From: a virus
Taxonomy: Duplodnaviria; Caudoviricetes
Strand: one strand, 5' to 3'
DNA length: 64,000 bases
Virus record (IMG/VR): IMGVR_UViG_3300031665_000002
Span: 981-64,980 of that record
A program made the translations under genes and the position numbers. The notes under the pieces were generated by a model. The model was not told the DNA's origin, searched no databases, and saw only the letters and a program-made list of their open reading frames with translations. Positions 53,445 to 63,072 of the stretch are shown one piece after another. Position 1 is the first letter of the stretch; each line of letters opens with the position of its first letter.

Positions 53445-55879
53445 TACGGTATGTTCCAAGTCGGCGTCATGTTCGCACAAACGCGCGACAGCAGCCCGCC
53501 AAGCTCCGCATAAATCCTCACTTCGCCATCACCAGACGTGCCCGCGTCAAGCGTTACCGTGGTTGATGTTCCAGAAACGCCAGTTTGGCGCTTGCCGGTA
53601 AGCTCAGCGCCATTATTCCAAAATTCAACGCGGTAAGTCTGGCCAGACTCCGGCGTTGTCGTGGAGTCGTCTTCAAACTCGATTGTTGCCGAGGTGCGAT
53701 TGCGCTCATACCAAGCGACCGTGTGCGGCCCCGTTGTCGTGATCGTGCCAGGCGAATTCGAGCCGTTAAACGTCGGATAATCGGGCGGCGCTGGCCTATC
53801 GTAGCGCTGATCGAAGGTAAACGTTATCGGAGTGTCGCCCGACGCGTCGTACTCGCCCTTATCCGTGAACGAAACGAACTTGCCGTAAATGGTATCCGTG
53901 CCCGCAAATGTGGTTGCGCCAATGCCGTTTCCACTGGTGAGAAAGAACACGCTATCATTAACGCTGTGGTCTTCGAATTCCGTATCAAGCAACGCCCGGC
54001 GACAAGCCAGCGTGTATGTGTCGTCGCCGTGGTCCGTAACCGTGGTGTAGGCAAACAGCTCATCGTTGATAAGCAGCAGGCTATCACCGGCGCGCTGTTC
54101 TGCCGTGGTTTTCGTCGTCGGAATGAAATCTTCAGGATCAAGCACTTTGACCCGAACGTTGACTTGCCCGTTGCTTCGCCCGTCCGTGTTGGCGATGGCC
54201 GTGTGTAGCGCCCCACTATCGGAATAAGGCACCCGGTAAACATCGGCGGATGGATCACCAAAGCCGCTATCAGTGTCAACGTAAACCGAATAGCCCTGTT
54301 GTGTGCCGCTGGAATTGCGCGCCAAGCCCAGATGCCAAGCACCGCCCGCGCTTGGCACGGTCTCGATAACGGTTTGCACCCCCATGAGGAAATAAGGAAT
54401 TTCGCGCCAAGCGCGAACACCGCTTTCTATTTCCGCCGGATCGCGCCCAAGGTCCACCGCGTCGCCCGATGGCGTGGCGGCGAATACCACGGTTGACGCG
54501 CCGAACGCATCTTGCACAGCCTCGACGACCACCCGACCATCTGCCAGCGCGCCAAGGTCCAAGCGCTGAACGCGCATAACCGCTTGCTCTATTCCGTAAT
54601 CATTCCACGCCAGCACGAACACATCACCAGGGCGAAGCGAATTTGCCTCGCGATTCAGCTCAAGCCGCGCCTTGAACAGCGGAACGGACATTTGCCCAAG
54701 TTCGCGCGCGGCAAGCGTTGACGCTAGCGCCGCCGTTGTACATCCGGGGAAAGACACTGTTTGCGAGCGCACGCGGTCTTGCGCGTTGATGTTCGCCATG
54801 TTTTGCGCGAGCGCCGTTGCTGTGGCGTATTTCGTTGAGCGGTCAGTAAACGTGACGCGAACTTCGTTTGCGGTCTCGCTCCAGGCCGTCCGCGTAAATT
54901 CTGTCAGACTAATCACATTGCTTTCGTCGAAAACGGGAAGGTCTCCAACGTTGTAATCAGCGCGGATAAGCTTTAACACAAGTTTGCCGGTTTCCGGGTC
55001 TTGGTAAAGCGTGCCGTCAGCTTGGCGCAAGCATTCCTTCACAGCGTTTGCGGCGTTATCCTGGCTGGAAACAAGAAGCGAAATCCCGTTCCCCTCATCG
55101 TAAAGCGTCTGTGCCGCAGCGGCGAATGACGTTTGATCGACATGTGAAACCGATAGCCCGGCCCCGGCCCAATCATAGGTTAGAATCCGGTAAATAGCCT
55201 CAGCCGGGTTTTGATCGTCGCCAATTTGCTCAAGTCCACTACCTAGCCCTAGCTGGTTAGTGATCGATTGCAGCTCGAACGAAATCGCCCGAAGCTGGGC
55301 AGAATTGCCGATATAGGGGCGTTCAAACACCACATGGCAAAAGCCCCTATACGCCGGGACATCGGTTTCTTGCGTTTGCAGATAAGCATTTTGTGGTTGC
55401 GTGGAAAAGTCGCCCCCGTAAAAGCGCGCAGTACCGACGAACCCGCCCCCGGATTCATTGCCGCCAAACAGTGACGGCTTGTTGATCGAAATAGCCGTTT
55501 CTGCCGAACCAGCAGAACCGCTCCAAACCTCATCTTTATCAATCCAGATTTTCGAGCACACCACGCCCGGCCCGACACCAAGCCCAAGCTGGAAACCAAC
55601 ATAATACTTGAAACCAATCTGTTGTTTGGTGCTGGAGAAGAAACCCGTTTTCACTTTTTTGATAATCGGCGACGACTTGAAGTTTCCGTACCAAAGGGTG
55701 TTAGGCCCCTTCTGGCGAACGGTGCCAATGATCAACGGCACAGGTGAACCGTCCGTTGCATGCGGAAAGTTTATGTCGTCAAGATCGCTTGGCCGCTGCT
55801 TTTCCGTTTTCGGTTTTGGAGCCAGGAGCGAAAGCCCGATGAACGACACCAGGACAAGCAGGAGGTTCAACCAGATCAT
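53444..55879 (-). CDS. Tail tip / host-specificity protein (Phage-tail_3-like)
   Basis: 811 aa; PHATDGSPVPLIIGT, VPAYRG, NPAEAIY.ILT...G.G, LRPGDVF motifs. Confidence 0.8.
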   Translation of the reverse strand: MIWLNLLLVLVSFIGLSLLAPKPKTEKQRPSDLDDINFPHATDGSPVPLIIGTVRQKGPNTLWYGNFKSSPIIKKVKTGFFSSTKQQIGFKYYVGFQLGLGVGPGVVCSKIWIDKDEVWSGSAGSAETAISINKPSLFGGNESGGGFVGTARFYGGDFSTQPQNAYLQTQETDVPAYRGFCHVVFERPYIGNSAQLRAISFELQSITNQLGLGSGLEQIGDDQNPAEAIYRILTYDWAGAGLSVSHVDQTSFAAAAQTLYDEGNGISLLVSSQDNAANAVKECLRQADGTLYQDPETGKLVLKLIRADYNVGDLPVFDESNVISLTEFTRTAWSETANEVRVTFTDRSTKYATATALAQNMANINAQDRVRSQTVSFPGCTTAALASTLAARELGQMSVPLFKARLELNREANSLRPGDVFVLAWNDYGIEQAVMRVQRLDLGALADGRVVVEAVQDAFGASTVVFAATPSGDAVDLGRDPAEIESGVRAWREIPYFLMGVQTVIETVPSAGGAWHLGLARNSSGTQQGYSVYVDTDSGFGDPSADVYRVPYSDSGALHTAIANTDGRSNGQVNVRVKVLDPEDFIPTTKTTAEQRAGDSLLLINDELFAYTTVTDHGDDTYTLACRRALLDTEFEDHSVNDSVFFLTSGNGIGATTFAGTDTIYGKFVSFTDKGEYDASGDTPITFTFDQRYDRPAPPDYPTFNGSNSPGTITTTGPHTVAWYERNRTSATIEFEDDSTTTPESGQTYRVEFWNNGAELTGKRQTGVSGTSTTVTLDAGTSGDGEVRIYAELGGLLSRVCANMTPTWNIP

Positions 55880-56685
55880 AGTTCCCCCTCGAAAGGATTG
55901 TCAGCCGGAATGTACGGGAATCCGCCAAAGTTGATTTCATTGGAAAACTTTGACTTGCACACAGCAAAGCTGTGATCGCACCCGGCCCGTAACGTCACCT
56001 CGTCGCCGGTTTCCAGATCGTGGAACGGGAAGTTTACAGTGATCAAGTTCGCGACGTTCGCCATGATCAAGCGCCGCTCGCCCGAGCGCGTCGTGATCAT
56101 CTCACCCGCAATCAGGTAATCATCGGCGAACCCGTCATCATCAACGTGAATGTCTACCCCGTCGAAGGTTCCGACCGTTGCCGTTACCTTGTAGGATGTA
56201 TCGGCGAGTGTGCACCGCGCATCGAAAAGCACGTGGTTGCACGGCTTTTGCCAAAAGCGAGGCGGCACAGGCGAAGCGAGCGCCGCAGAAAACACCGACG
56301 TTGCGCGCAATTTTGCCCTTTGCCCGTCAACCGAGAACGACACAACAGGCCCATTGAATACGCACACGGCATCAGACGCAAAATTCATCCCCCAATGTAT
56401 CCGGTAAATTTGAAGGTCTAAATCTGGGGGCGACGACGCAAACGCGTAATCTTGCACAACATCGAGGTTGAACGGCATTTCAATATCAAGCGTCAATTGC
56501 TCATCGTCTTGCGTCGTCGCGCGCATCGCTTCGCGCCTTATTGGCTGCGCCGTGTAAAGCTCACCGCCTATCGTGACATCCATGTCTGTTGATGTGTAAA
56601 GGTAGTTATCAGTTGTGCCGACAAATTTATAAGCTTCGACCGGACGCGCCGACGCTTGCGACTCTTCGTAGTCTTCATAAGCCAT
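55876..56685 (-). CDS. DUF2163 / BR0599-family tail assembly protein
   Basis: CNHVLFD..C and AGCDHSF..C..KF.N..NFGGFPYIP. Confidence 0.88.
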   Translation of the reverse strand: MAYEDYEESQASARPVEAYKFVGTTDNYLYTSTDMDVTIGGELYTAQPIRREAMRATTQDDEQLTLDIEMPFNLDVVQDYAFASSPPDLDLQIYRIHWGMNFASDAVCVFNGPVVSFSVDGQRAKLRATSVFSAALASPVPPRFWQKPCNHVLFDARCTLADTSYKVTATVGTFDGVDIHVDDDGFADDYLIAGEMITTRSGERRLIMANVANLITVNFPFHDLETGDEVTLRAGCDHSFAVCKSKFSNEINFGGFPYIPADNPFEGEL

Positions 56686-56884
56686 CGTCGTAATCTTCCC
56701 CGCCGTCGATGTTTCCGGATTCTAAGTGCGCTTCAATCAGGGTAATCATGGTGGATGCGGCGAGATGGTCTTTTAAATCATGCCAGCGCTTAACTGCCGG
56801 ATGCCCGTACTCGTCATCTTCCATCACTTCAAGAAATTCGTGCGCCGCTGCCAGCAGCTTTTCCAGATATTCGCGTTCGGTCAT
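56675..56884 (-). CDS. Small acidic hypothetical protein inserted in the tail module
   Basis: 69 aa. Confidence 0.5.
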   Translation of the reverse strand: MTEREYLEKLLAAAHEFLEVMEDDEYGHPAVKRWHDLKDHLAASTMITLIEAHLESGNIDGGEDYDDGL

Positions 56885-56893
56885 CGCCCCCCC

Positions 56894-58783
56894 CTATCCG
56901 TCAACGGTCATAAACTTGAGTTCTAAATAACTCCTATCCTGCTGATGTGTGAATTTAACCGAGTCTTCCCCAAGGCGAACGAGATTCAGAAACGACACAC
57001 GGTAAACCGCTTGTTCGTCAGCCGTTGCACCGTAGGGCGAGTCAAGGAAAAGAGTTGCGGTTCCGTCGCCGTTTGCAACAGCGCTCGACACAGCCCGATA
57101 GGCCACGCCAGCATCAGAGAAAATCGCTAAGCGCTTATAGGTCTCATACGGGAACAGCTCTGCAACGTACTCATCATCCGCGAGCACCAGTTGATTGGAG
57201 CCGTCCGGCATAGATTCAAGCTCCAAGTCCTCAAGCCATGTTGGCATGAGAAAAACGCCTTGCCGTCCGAGTCTGGCGTCCAGAAAGTCGCGCCAATAAT
57301 CCATTATTCCGCCTTCTGTCTCGCGGGCAACGCGGAACTGCCGAACGCCAGAAACGGAAGGATGAAGCCAAGCTTGGTCAATATCCGTTACGCCCGTTTC
57401 GCCGTCGAAAATTTCGTAATTCACATTGAATTCTTCATCGCTATCGCCCGGCGCGACCGGCTCAACGTCCAACACGTCGTAGCCGTCAAACGTCGTGATG
57501 CTGGCGGCTGAACCAGGCCGCGCGAACGGCACACGCGGCGTAAGCGTTTCAACCTTGTATGTAACGGCGCCTGTGACGTGTTTCATTGCAAGGCCAGTTC
57601 TATCAATCATTCGGCAATCAAAACCAGGTGCGACGAAATCACCTTCCGCCGCGTCCGCAGTTAACGGGCTATTGAGCGTAGCGCCGTCAACTTCGATTGT
57701 CGTTGCTGTGACAAGCTGGCCTTCATAGGTCATCGGATTGGCAATGATTAAATAGTCACCGTCGCGCAAGTCCGTTGTATCGGGATCAAAGTATATGCGC
57801 GTAGCACCCGACGAAGCGTCAGCCGTGAGCCGCGCCGCGTACCAGTAAAACGGCACCACAAGCCGGTTGCCTATGGAGCGATGCCAGCGGCGATATTGGG
57901 TGCGGCGCTCCGCTTGATCGATAATGAATGAAAACTCAACATTTCGGCGCGGCGCGGTCCGTAGCGCTACGCGCTGTTCCGTCCCGTCAAAACCCACCAT
58001 TATATCCGTTTTCCACGAGAGCGTTTCAACAACTGGATCATCGGGGAACATCACGACGAAATCAGAGACGGTTGCCACAAAATGCAACTCGCCCTCGCCG
58101 TCCGTAAACGTGAAGGTGAATGTGGCGTCAATCTCATTAGGGGCAGTAGCGCCAATCTGTAGATTCACCGGATGGATCTCCAGCGATCCGAAGACCTCAG
58201 ACGCGGAAATGTCGAGCGTAAGCCCCGTTGCCCCAGATGTGCCAATGGTGTTGAGCGTGTTTGAATGCTCGTAAGCATTCATGATCGAGAACGGAATGTC
58301 AGTATTCCGGCGCGGGTTTAATGGGGTTAGCTCGCCGGGAATAACCCATATTCGATTATACCAGAAATCCCACGGAGTCGGCATATACCCGGCATCAATG
58401 CCCGAAGGCGTGACAAGACTTGGAAGCGCTGTTGAACCCGCCACAGCCGCCCCAAGCATTGTTTCAAGCGGCGTTATGGTGGCCGGAAAAGCGACATCAT
58501 ACGGCGCTTCGTGGCGGCTAATGCTACCTACCAAATACTCCGGGATTTCTGGCGGCTCTGCCGGTTCAAAGTACGCCGTCGCCGAGGCCGACCACGAAAA
58601 CGACGTTGTTTGAACCGGCAGAAAAGTTGCAGCCGCCGAAGCCGACCACGAAAACGAAGTTTCGCCAGATGGCGCGCCGCCGCCTTCCAGCGGAAACGGA
58701 TAAGTGCTTGAATAGCCATCAAGCCTCGTTGGCCACTGTAAGGCGGCGGCCCCTATTATCCTTGCGCCAATCGCAAACAACAT
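56894..58783 (-). CDS. Virion tail structural protein (distal-tail-like)
   Basis: 629 aa; ETLSWKTDI....DGTEQRVALR..PRR and LGRQG.F.MPTW motifs. Confidence 0.7.
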   Translation of the reverse strand: MLFAIGARIIGAAALQWPTRLDGYSSTYPFPLEGGGAPSGETSFSWSASAAATFLPVQTTSFSWSASATAYFEPAEPPEIPEYLVGSISRHEAPYDVAFPATITPLETMLGAAVAGSTALPSLVTPSGIDAGYMPTPWDFWYNRIWVIPGELTPLNPRRNTDIPFSIMNAYEHSNTLNTIGTSGATGLTLDISASEVFGSLEIHPVNLQIGATAPNEIDATFTFTFTDGEGELHFVATVSDFVVMFPDDPVVETLSWKTDIMVGFDGTEQRVALRTAPRRNVEFSFIIDQAERRTQYRRWHRSIGNRLVVPFYWYAARLTADASSGATRIYFDPDTTDLRDGDYLIIANPMTYEGQLVTATTIEVDGATLNSPLTADAAEGDFVAPGFDCRMIDRTGLAMKHVTGAVTYKVETLTPRVPFARPGSAASITTFDGYDVLDVEPVAPGDSDEEFNVNYEIFDGETGVTDIDQAWLHPSVSGVRQFRVARETEGGIMDYWRDFLDARLGRQGVFLMPTWLEDLELESMPDGSNQLVLADDEYVAELFPYETYKRLAIFSDAGVAYRAVSSAVANGDGTATLFLDSPYGATADEQAVYRVSFLNLVRLGEDSVKFTHQQDRSYLELKFMTVDG

Positions 58784-58798
58784 CCCGCCAGCCCCAAA

Positions 58799-59929
58799 TT
58801 AACCAGACACAATTTGAATATGCCCGTCCCAATTCCCCGCAACTGCATTTTGAATTGCTGGCTCGATGAAAGCCAAACACGCATCATCGAATATGCGAGT
58901 GAGCATGAACGCGGTATTGATCCCATCGACACCGCAAACAATCGCAGAGCGCAACGTTGTTATCCAGGCGATTGGATGCCCGATCACGAAATCAACACCG
59001 CCGGACACACTCGCATCACATTGCATTTGCGTGAGCGCCTTAACGCCGGTATCGCCAGCAGCAAGTGGAAAAAACCATTGTTCACCGAGGTTAAAACCTA
59101 AGCGGTCATCACTCGACGCGCTGCGCCCCGCACAAGAAGGAAGTGTTACGCCCGTATTCCCGTCTTGATCTGTGTAAAGGCAAGTATCCCAATTATGACC
59201 AGTGGTACTTAAGTTGCTGGTAACTTCAGGAAACATGAAGTTCCCCGCTGCGTAATCATCATCTCCTGGAGTTGTACTTTGATAACGCGTAGGAACCCCC
59301 GTAACTGCTTCTGTGGCAGTCGAAGACATCGTTTTTGCTACTTGAAATATTCTGTCGTATAACAAAACCTGCCTGCTGGTGTAGGAGTTACTAACCCTAT
59401 AGCCAACCATGTGAGTCTGATCGCCGCTAGGCGGATTTTGGAAAGCCAGCGCCCCGGTTGTCGCAGACGTTGGCGCGTCACCGCCCGGCGCGGCGCTTGC
59501 CGGTGAACCGGCTTCGGGACACCAAGCTCTCCCCCAATACGAAGAACCCAACCCAGACGTATTTGCGTTTTCCGCCTGCTTTTTGAAAAAAAGGTCTTGG
59601 CGCTTTCCGCCCGTCATTCCTTCCGCTATCAAATCTGCCAAATCTGAGAAGCCAGCCCCCGCGCAAAGCGCGCGCATGCGCGGATCAAGCGCAAACCGAA
59701 ACCCGCGCTTGACGCGGCGCTGCAAGTCGCGGAAGCGATCAAGTGCGCTCATTTCCCATCCCGCGCGGCATTCGCCGACGAAATCCCCGTCGCCGGTTGC
59801 GTAAACAGCCCCAGGAACGCCAGCGAGCGCGATAGGCGGACCGTACCAACCGCGCATAGACTGCGACAACCGCGCGGCCTCATCTGCGCCAAGCCAGCGC
59901 TCCAGCCTGCTTGAGTGAGTTGATTTCAT
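58799..59929 (-). CDS. Virion protein, paralog A of tandem pair
   Basis: Start MKSTHSS at 59929; 376 aa. Confidence 0.75.
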   Translation of the reverse strand: MKSTHSSRLERWLGADEAARLSQSMRGWYGPPIALAGVPGAVYATGDGDFVGECRAGWEMSALDRFRDLQRRVKRGFRFALDPRMRALCAGAGFSDLADLIAEGMTGGKRQDLFFKKQAENANTSGLGSSYWGRAWCPEAGSPASAAPGGDAPTSATTGALAFQNPPSGDQTHMVGYRVSNSYTSRQVLLYDRIFQVAKTMSSTATEAVTGVPTRYQSTTPGDDDYAAGNFMFPEVTSNLSTTGHNWDTCLYTDQDGNTGVTLPSCAGRSASSDDRLGFNLGEQWFFPLAAGDTGVKALTQMQCDASVSGGVDFVIGHPIAWITTLRSAIVCGVDGINTAFMLTRIFDDACLAFIEPAIQNAVAGNWDGHIQIVSG

Positions 59930-59931
59930 CG

Positions 59932-61062
59932 TTACCCCGACACCAAAGTTATTGACCCCGTATAGCGCGTATAAGATGTAATGGGCTTGCAAATATCCAG
60001 AAACGCCAAACACGCATCATCGAATATGCGAGTCAGGTTGAACGCGGTATTGATCCCATCAGTGATTGAAATCTGGCTTGCGATTGGGCAAGGCATAAAA
60101 GCGATTGGATGCCCGATCACGAAATCAACACCGCCGGACACACTCGCATCACATTGCATTTGCGTGAGCGCCTTAACGCCGGTATCGCCAGCAGCAAGTG
60201 GAAAAAACCATCGGCTATTGTTGATATAACATAGATTCGTAAAATCAACAGCATAACCGCCACAAGAAGGAAGTGTTACGCCCGTATTCCCGTCTTGATC
60301 TGTGTAAAGGCAAGTGTCCCAATTATACGCACCCGCACCAAGATCACTTGTACATTCAGGAAACATAAAGTTCCCCCCTGCGTAATCGTCATCTCCTGGA
60401 GTTGTACTTTGATAACGCGTAGGAACCCCCGTAACTGCTTCTGTGGCAGTCGAAGACATCGTTTTTGCTACTTGAAATATTCTGTCGTATAAAAGCAGCG
60501 TGTGATTTTCAAGTCGCGAAAGAACGTTTGCCGCCACAAAATGCAACGTGTCCGTGCCACTTGCATTTACAAACCCGAGCGCCCCGGTTGTCGCAGACGT
60601 TGGCGCGTCACCGCCCGGCGCGGCGCTTGCCGATGAACCGGGGTACGGCTGCCCATCCATTTGCCAAAGTGACAATGAGCACCCGACAAAATCCCCCCCC
60701 TCACCATTTTTGTAAAAAAGCAACTCCTGCCGCTTCCCCCCTGCCGTTGCCTCAGAGATCAAATCAGAAAGAGAAGAAAACCCCGTTCCAAGCGTTGACA
60801 TACGCCGCGCCGGGCTTGTCGCGGCGCGAAAGCCACGCTTGACGCGCTTTAGAATATCAAAGAGGCGGTCTCCTGTAGTCGCCTCCCATCCCGCGCGGCA
60901 TTCGCCGACGAAATCCCCGTCGCCGGTTGCGTAAACAGCCCCAGGAACGCCCGCAAGCGCGATAGGCGGACCGTACCAACCGCGCATAGCGTCAGATACG
61001 CTCGCAACCTTTTCCTCTCCAAGCCAGCGCGCCAAGCGCGCAGAATGCGTTGATTTCATCAC
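59932..61062 (-). CDS. Virion protein, paralog B of tandem pair
   Basis: 376 aa; shares near-identical DNA blocks with paralog A. Confidence 0.78.
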   Translation of the reverse strand: MMKSTHSARLARWLGEEKVASVSDAMRGWYGPPIALAGVPGAVYATGDGDFVGECRAGWEATTGDRLFDILKRVKRGFRAATSPARRMSTLGTGFSSLSDLISEATAGGKRQELLFYKNGEGGDFVGCSLSLWQMDGQPYPGSSASAAPGGDAPTSATTGALGFVNASGTDTLHFVAANVLSRLENHTLLLYDRIFQVAKTMSSTATEAVTGVPTRYQSTTPGDDDYAGGNFMFPECTSDLGAGAYNWDTCLYTDQDGNTGVTLPSCGGYAVDFTNLCYINNSRWFFPLAAGDTGVKALTQMQCDASVSGGVDFVIGHPIAFMPCPIASQISITDGINTAFNLTRIFDDACLAFLDICKPITSYTRYTGSITLVSG

Positions 61063-61063
61063 C

Positions 61064-62116
61064 TTACGTAATCCTCTTAATCGCCAGCGCGTAAAACTCT
61101 GAATTTACATCTGGCTCAGGGATTGCCCCATAATTCGCATGTTCACTTTGCCCAAAGGCTTTGAACGGGAAGATTTGCCAATCATCCGAACCGTAGGTCA
61201 CAACCTCACCAGGATAGAATCCCGTCATATTCACAAAACAAATATCCGGAAAAACCCCAAGAACGCACGCCAGCCCATCGCCTGGGCCAAAGTAGCCAGA
61301 CGGCAAAGGCCACAACGGCGCACCGCCCGTTGTGCTGTCGTTACTCACCAAATTACAATGATCTAAGGGACACCCCGAAGCGCTTGAAAAAGCTTGCTCC
61401 CTATCGAAATTTTTTAGTAACCACGGCTCATTGCTACCGCCAATAATCTGCAATCCTGACGGAAAACCAAAAGCCGTATCAAGTACACCCGATGGAATAT
61501 GCAAATGTGCGCAGGTTTTATCCCCAAACAATCCAATTCCGTGATATGGGCACCCAAAGTAATTAGGCCCAAAAATATGATTGTCTGAATAATCCGTGTT
61601 ATTATTCCACCACACATAATACTCACCAGCTACATAACCGATATCATCATGCGACATTCCCATATTATCAAGATTACCTATACTAAAATGCGTGTATCTC
61701 GATGTTGACGACTGAACAACGCAGTGAATATACCGAGACGAAACAGCGGAATCTGTGAACAAATAAATGTTTGAAAACGGCCCGGTGAGATCATTTATAT
61801 ATACGGTGTCGGCGTCGGTGTCGTAAGTGCAAAGAGAGTCAGGGTGTCCGTAAAAATGATGATTAGACGTTGTGATTGAACTTGATATAGCGGCTTTAAG
61901 CCTGCCATCATCAACCGTTCCGCCGTTAATAACATCCGTTTTAGCAGAAACTCCGCCGTCACTTACAGCGAAATTACAGTTTAGCTGTGAAAGAGCTAAC
62001 TCACCATTAGCCGTAATATCGTCATACTCGACCGTCCACCCGTTCGTTGACGCGAAGTCCTTAAGCGCCGTCAACAAATCCTTGCGCGTTGTTCCGCTGG
62101 TTACTTGATAGGGCAT
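61064..62116 (-). CDS. Virion structural protein (minor tail)
   Basis: 350 aa; paralog-like to the next gene (MPY..., ...LGVF/LDG...GF.....IT.G...W/F.VF). Confidence 0.7.
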   Translation of the reverse strand: MPYQVTSGTTRKDLLTALKDFASTNGWTVEYDDITANGELALSQLNCNFAVSDGGVSAKTDVINGGTVDDGRLKAAISSSITTSNHHFYGHPDSLCTYDTDADTVYINDLTGPFSNIYLFTDSAVSSRYIHCVVQSSTSRYTHFSIGNLDNMGMSHDDIGYVAGEYYVWWNNNTDYSDNHIFGPNYFGCPYHGIGLFGDKTCAHLHIPSGVLDTAFGFPSGLQIIGGSNEPWLLKNFDREQAFSSASGCPLDHCNLVSNDSTTGGAPLWPLPSGYFGPGDGLACVLGVFPDICFVNMTGFYPGEVVTYGSDDWQIFPFKAFGQSEHANYGAIPEPDVNSEFYALAIKRIT

Positions 62117-63072
62117 TATGAAACCTCTTCAATAGCCATGAAATCGCGCCGGGTTGAACGATTGAGATTCTGAAAAACAACGAAACTGCGCGAACCAAGC
62201 GTGATCGCCTGTGTTGTCGTAAGACCAAAACCAGGCACCGAGTAACACCCATCGAGAGCGCCGACAGCAATTCCGCTATCTGTATCAATGATGTTTGGAC
62301 GCCATATAACATGCTCACCGTCAGCGTTAGGCCGCATGATATCCCATCCGCCGCGCGACCAATCATAGCTGCTCACTGAATACGACGTGCTAGCCGCGCG
62401 CCGCGATCTGTGCGGCCACATGATAATTTTTTCGGAGTTGGCACCGTCCCATGAAATAGACTGCCCCGCATCATTATTGTTATTGTAAACTTTCACCCAC
62501 TCCAAGGGCGAGCGCTTGAAGTAGTAGGCCGCACCATACCCCGGATCGACAAAAAACCTATTTCCGGAGTAGTCCCACGCAGCAGGGCGCGGATATGAGT
62601 ACATCCCACCAATGAAAAGCGGTTGAGGGTACTCATCCGGAGTCGCGTAAGGGAGGAACATTCCAGCGTATAGCGAACAATAAATAGCGGCATCGACCGC
62701 TGAGACCACAACGAAGCGGCGATCATTGGCAAAAAACCAGTAATCTTGCGACGATGCGTTAAGGTTGAGGTACACCGACGGAGAAACGCCGGGCTGTGTT
62801 TCCCAATCGCGCGCCGCGTCGTAATCCGTCATGGCGCGAACTTCCCACGACCACGCCGGATACGTCGCATCATAGCTGGTGCGGATGCCTATATAAGTGC
62901 GCATGCCAGCCCCCGCCCCTGGCCCTTCAAGGTACAATTCCGAAGCATCGGCAGGCGTTGCCCCCGCAGAATACGCTAGGCTTGTCCATGGCGATGATAG
63001 CCCGGTTAACCACGTGCGCAAATCGTCGAGCAAGTCGTTATGGTCCGTTGCGGTCCCCGTCGTATACGGCAT
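62116..63072 (-). CDS. Virion structural protein (minor tail)
   Basis: 318 aa immediately downstream of TMP; FLPYATPDEYPQPLFIGG motif. Confidence 0.72.
   Translation of the reverse strand: MPYTTGTATDHNDLLDDLRTWLTGLSSPWTSLAYSAGATPADASELYLEGPGAGAGMRTYIGIRTSYDATYPAWSWEVRAMTDYDAARDWETQPGVSPSVYLNLNASSQDYWFFANDRRFVVVSAVDAAIYCSLYAGMFLPYATPDEYPQPLFIGGMYSYPRPAAWDYSGNRFFVDPGYGAAYYFKRSPLEWVKVYNNNNDAGQSISWDGANSEKIIMWPHRSRRAASTSYSVSSYDWSRGGWDIMRPNADGEHVIWRPNIIDTDSGIAVGALDGCYSVPGFGLTTTQAITLGSRSFVVFQNLNRSTRRDFMAIEEVS

Noticed and set aside
58799-61062. Diversity-generating retroelement (TR/VR pair)
   Set aside because: No reverse transcriptase in the window. Differences are block-wise with indels rather than adenine-specific substitutions, and both copies are intact ORFs.
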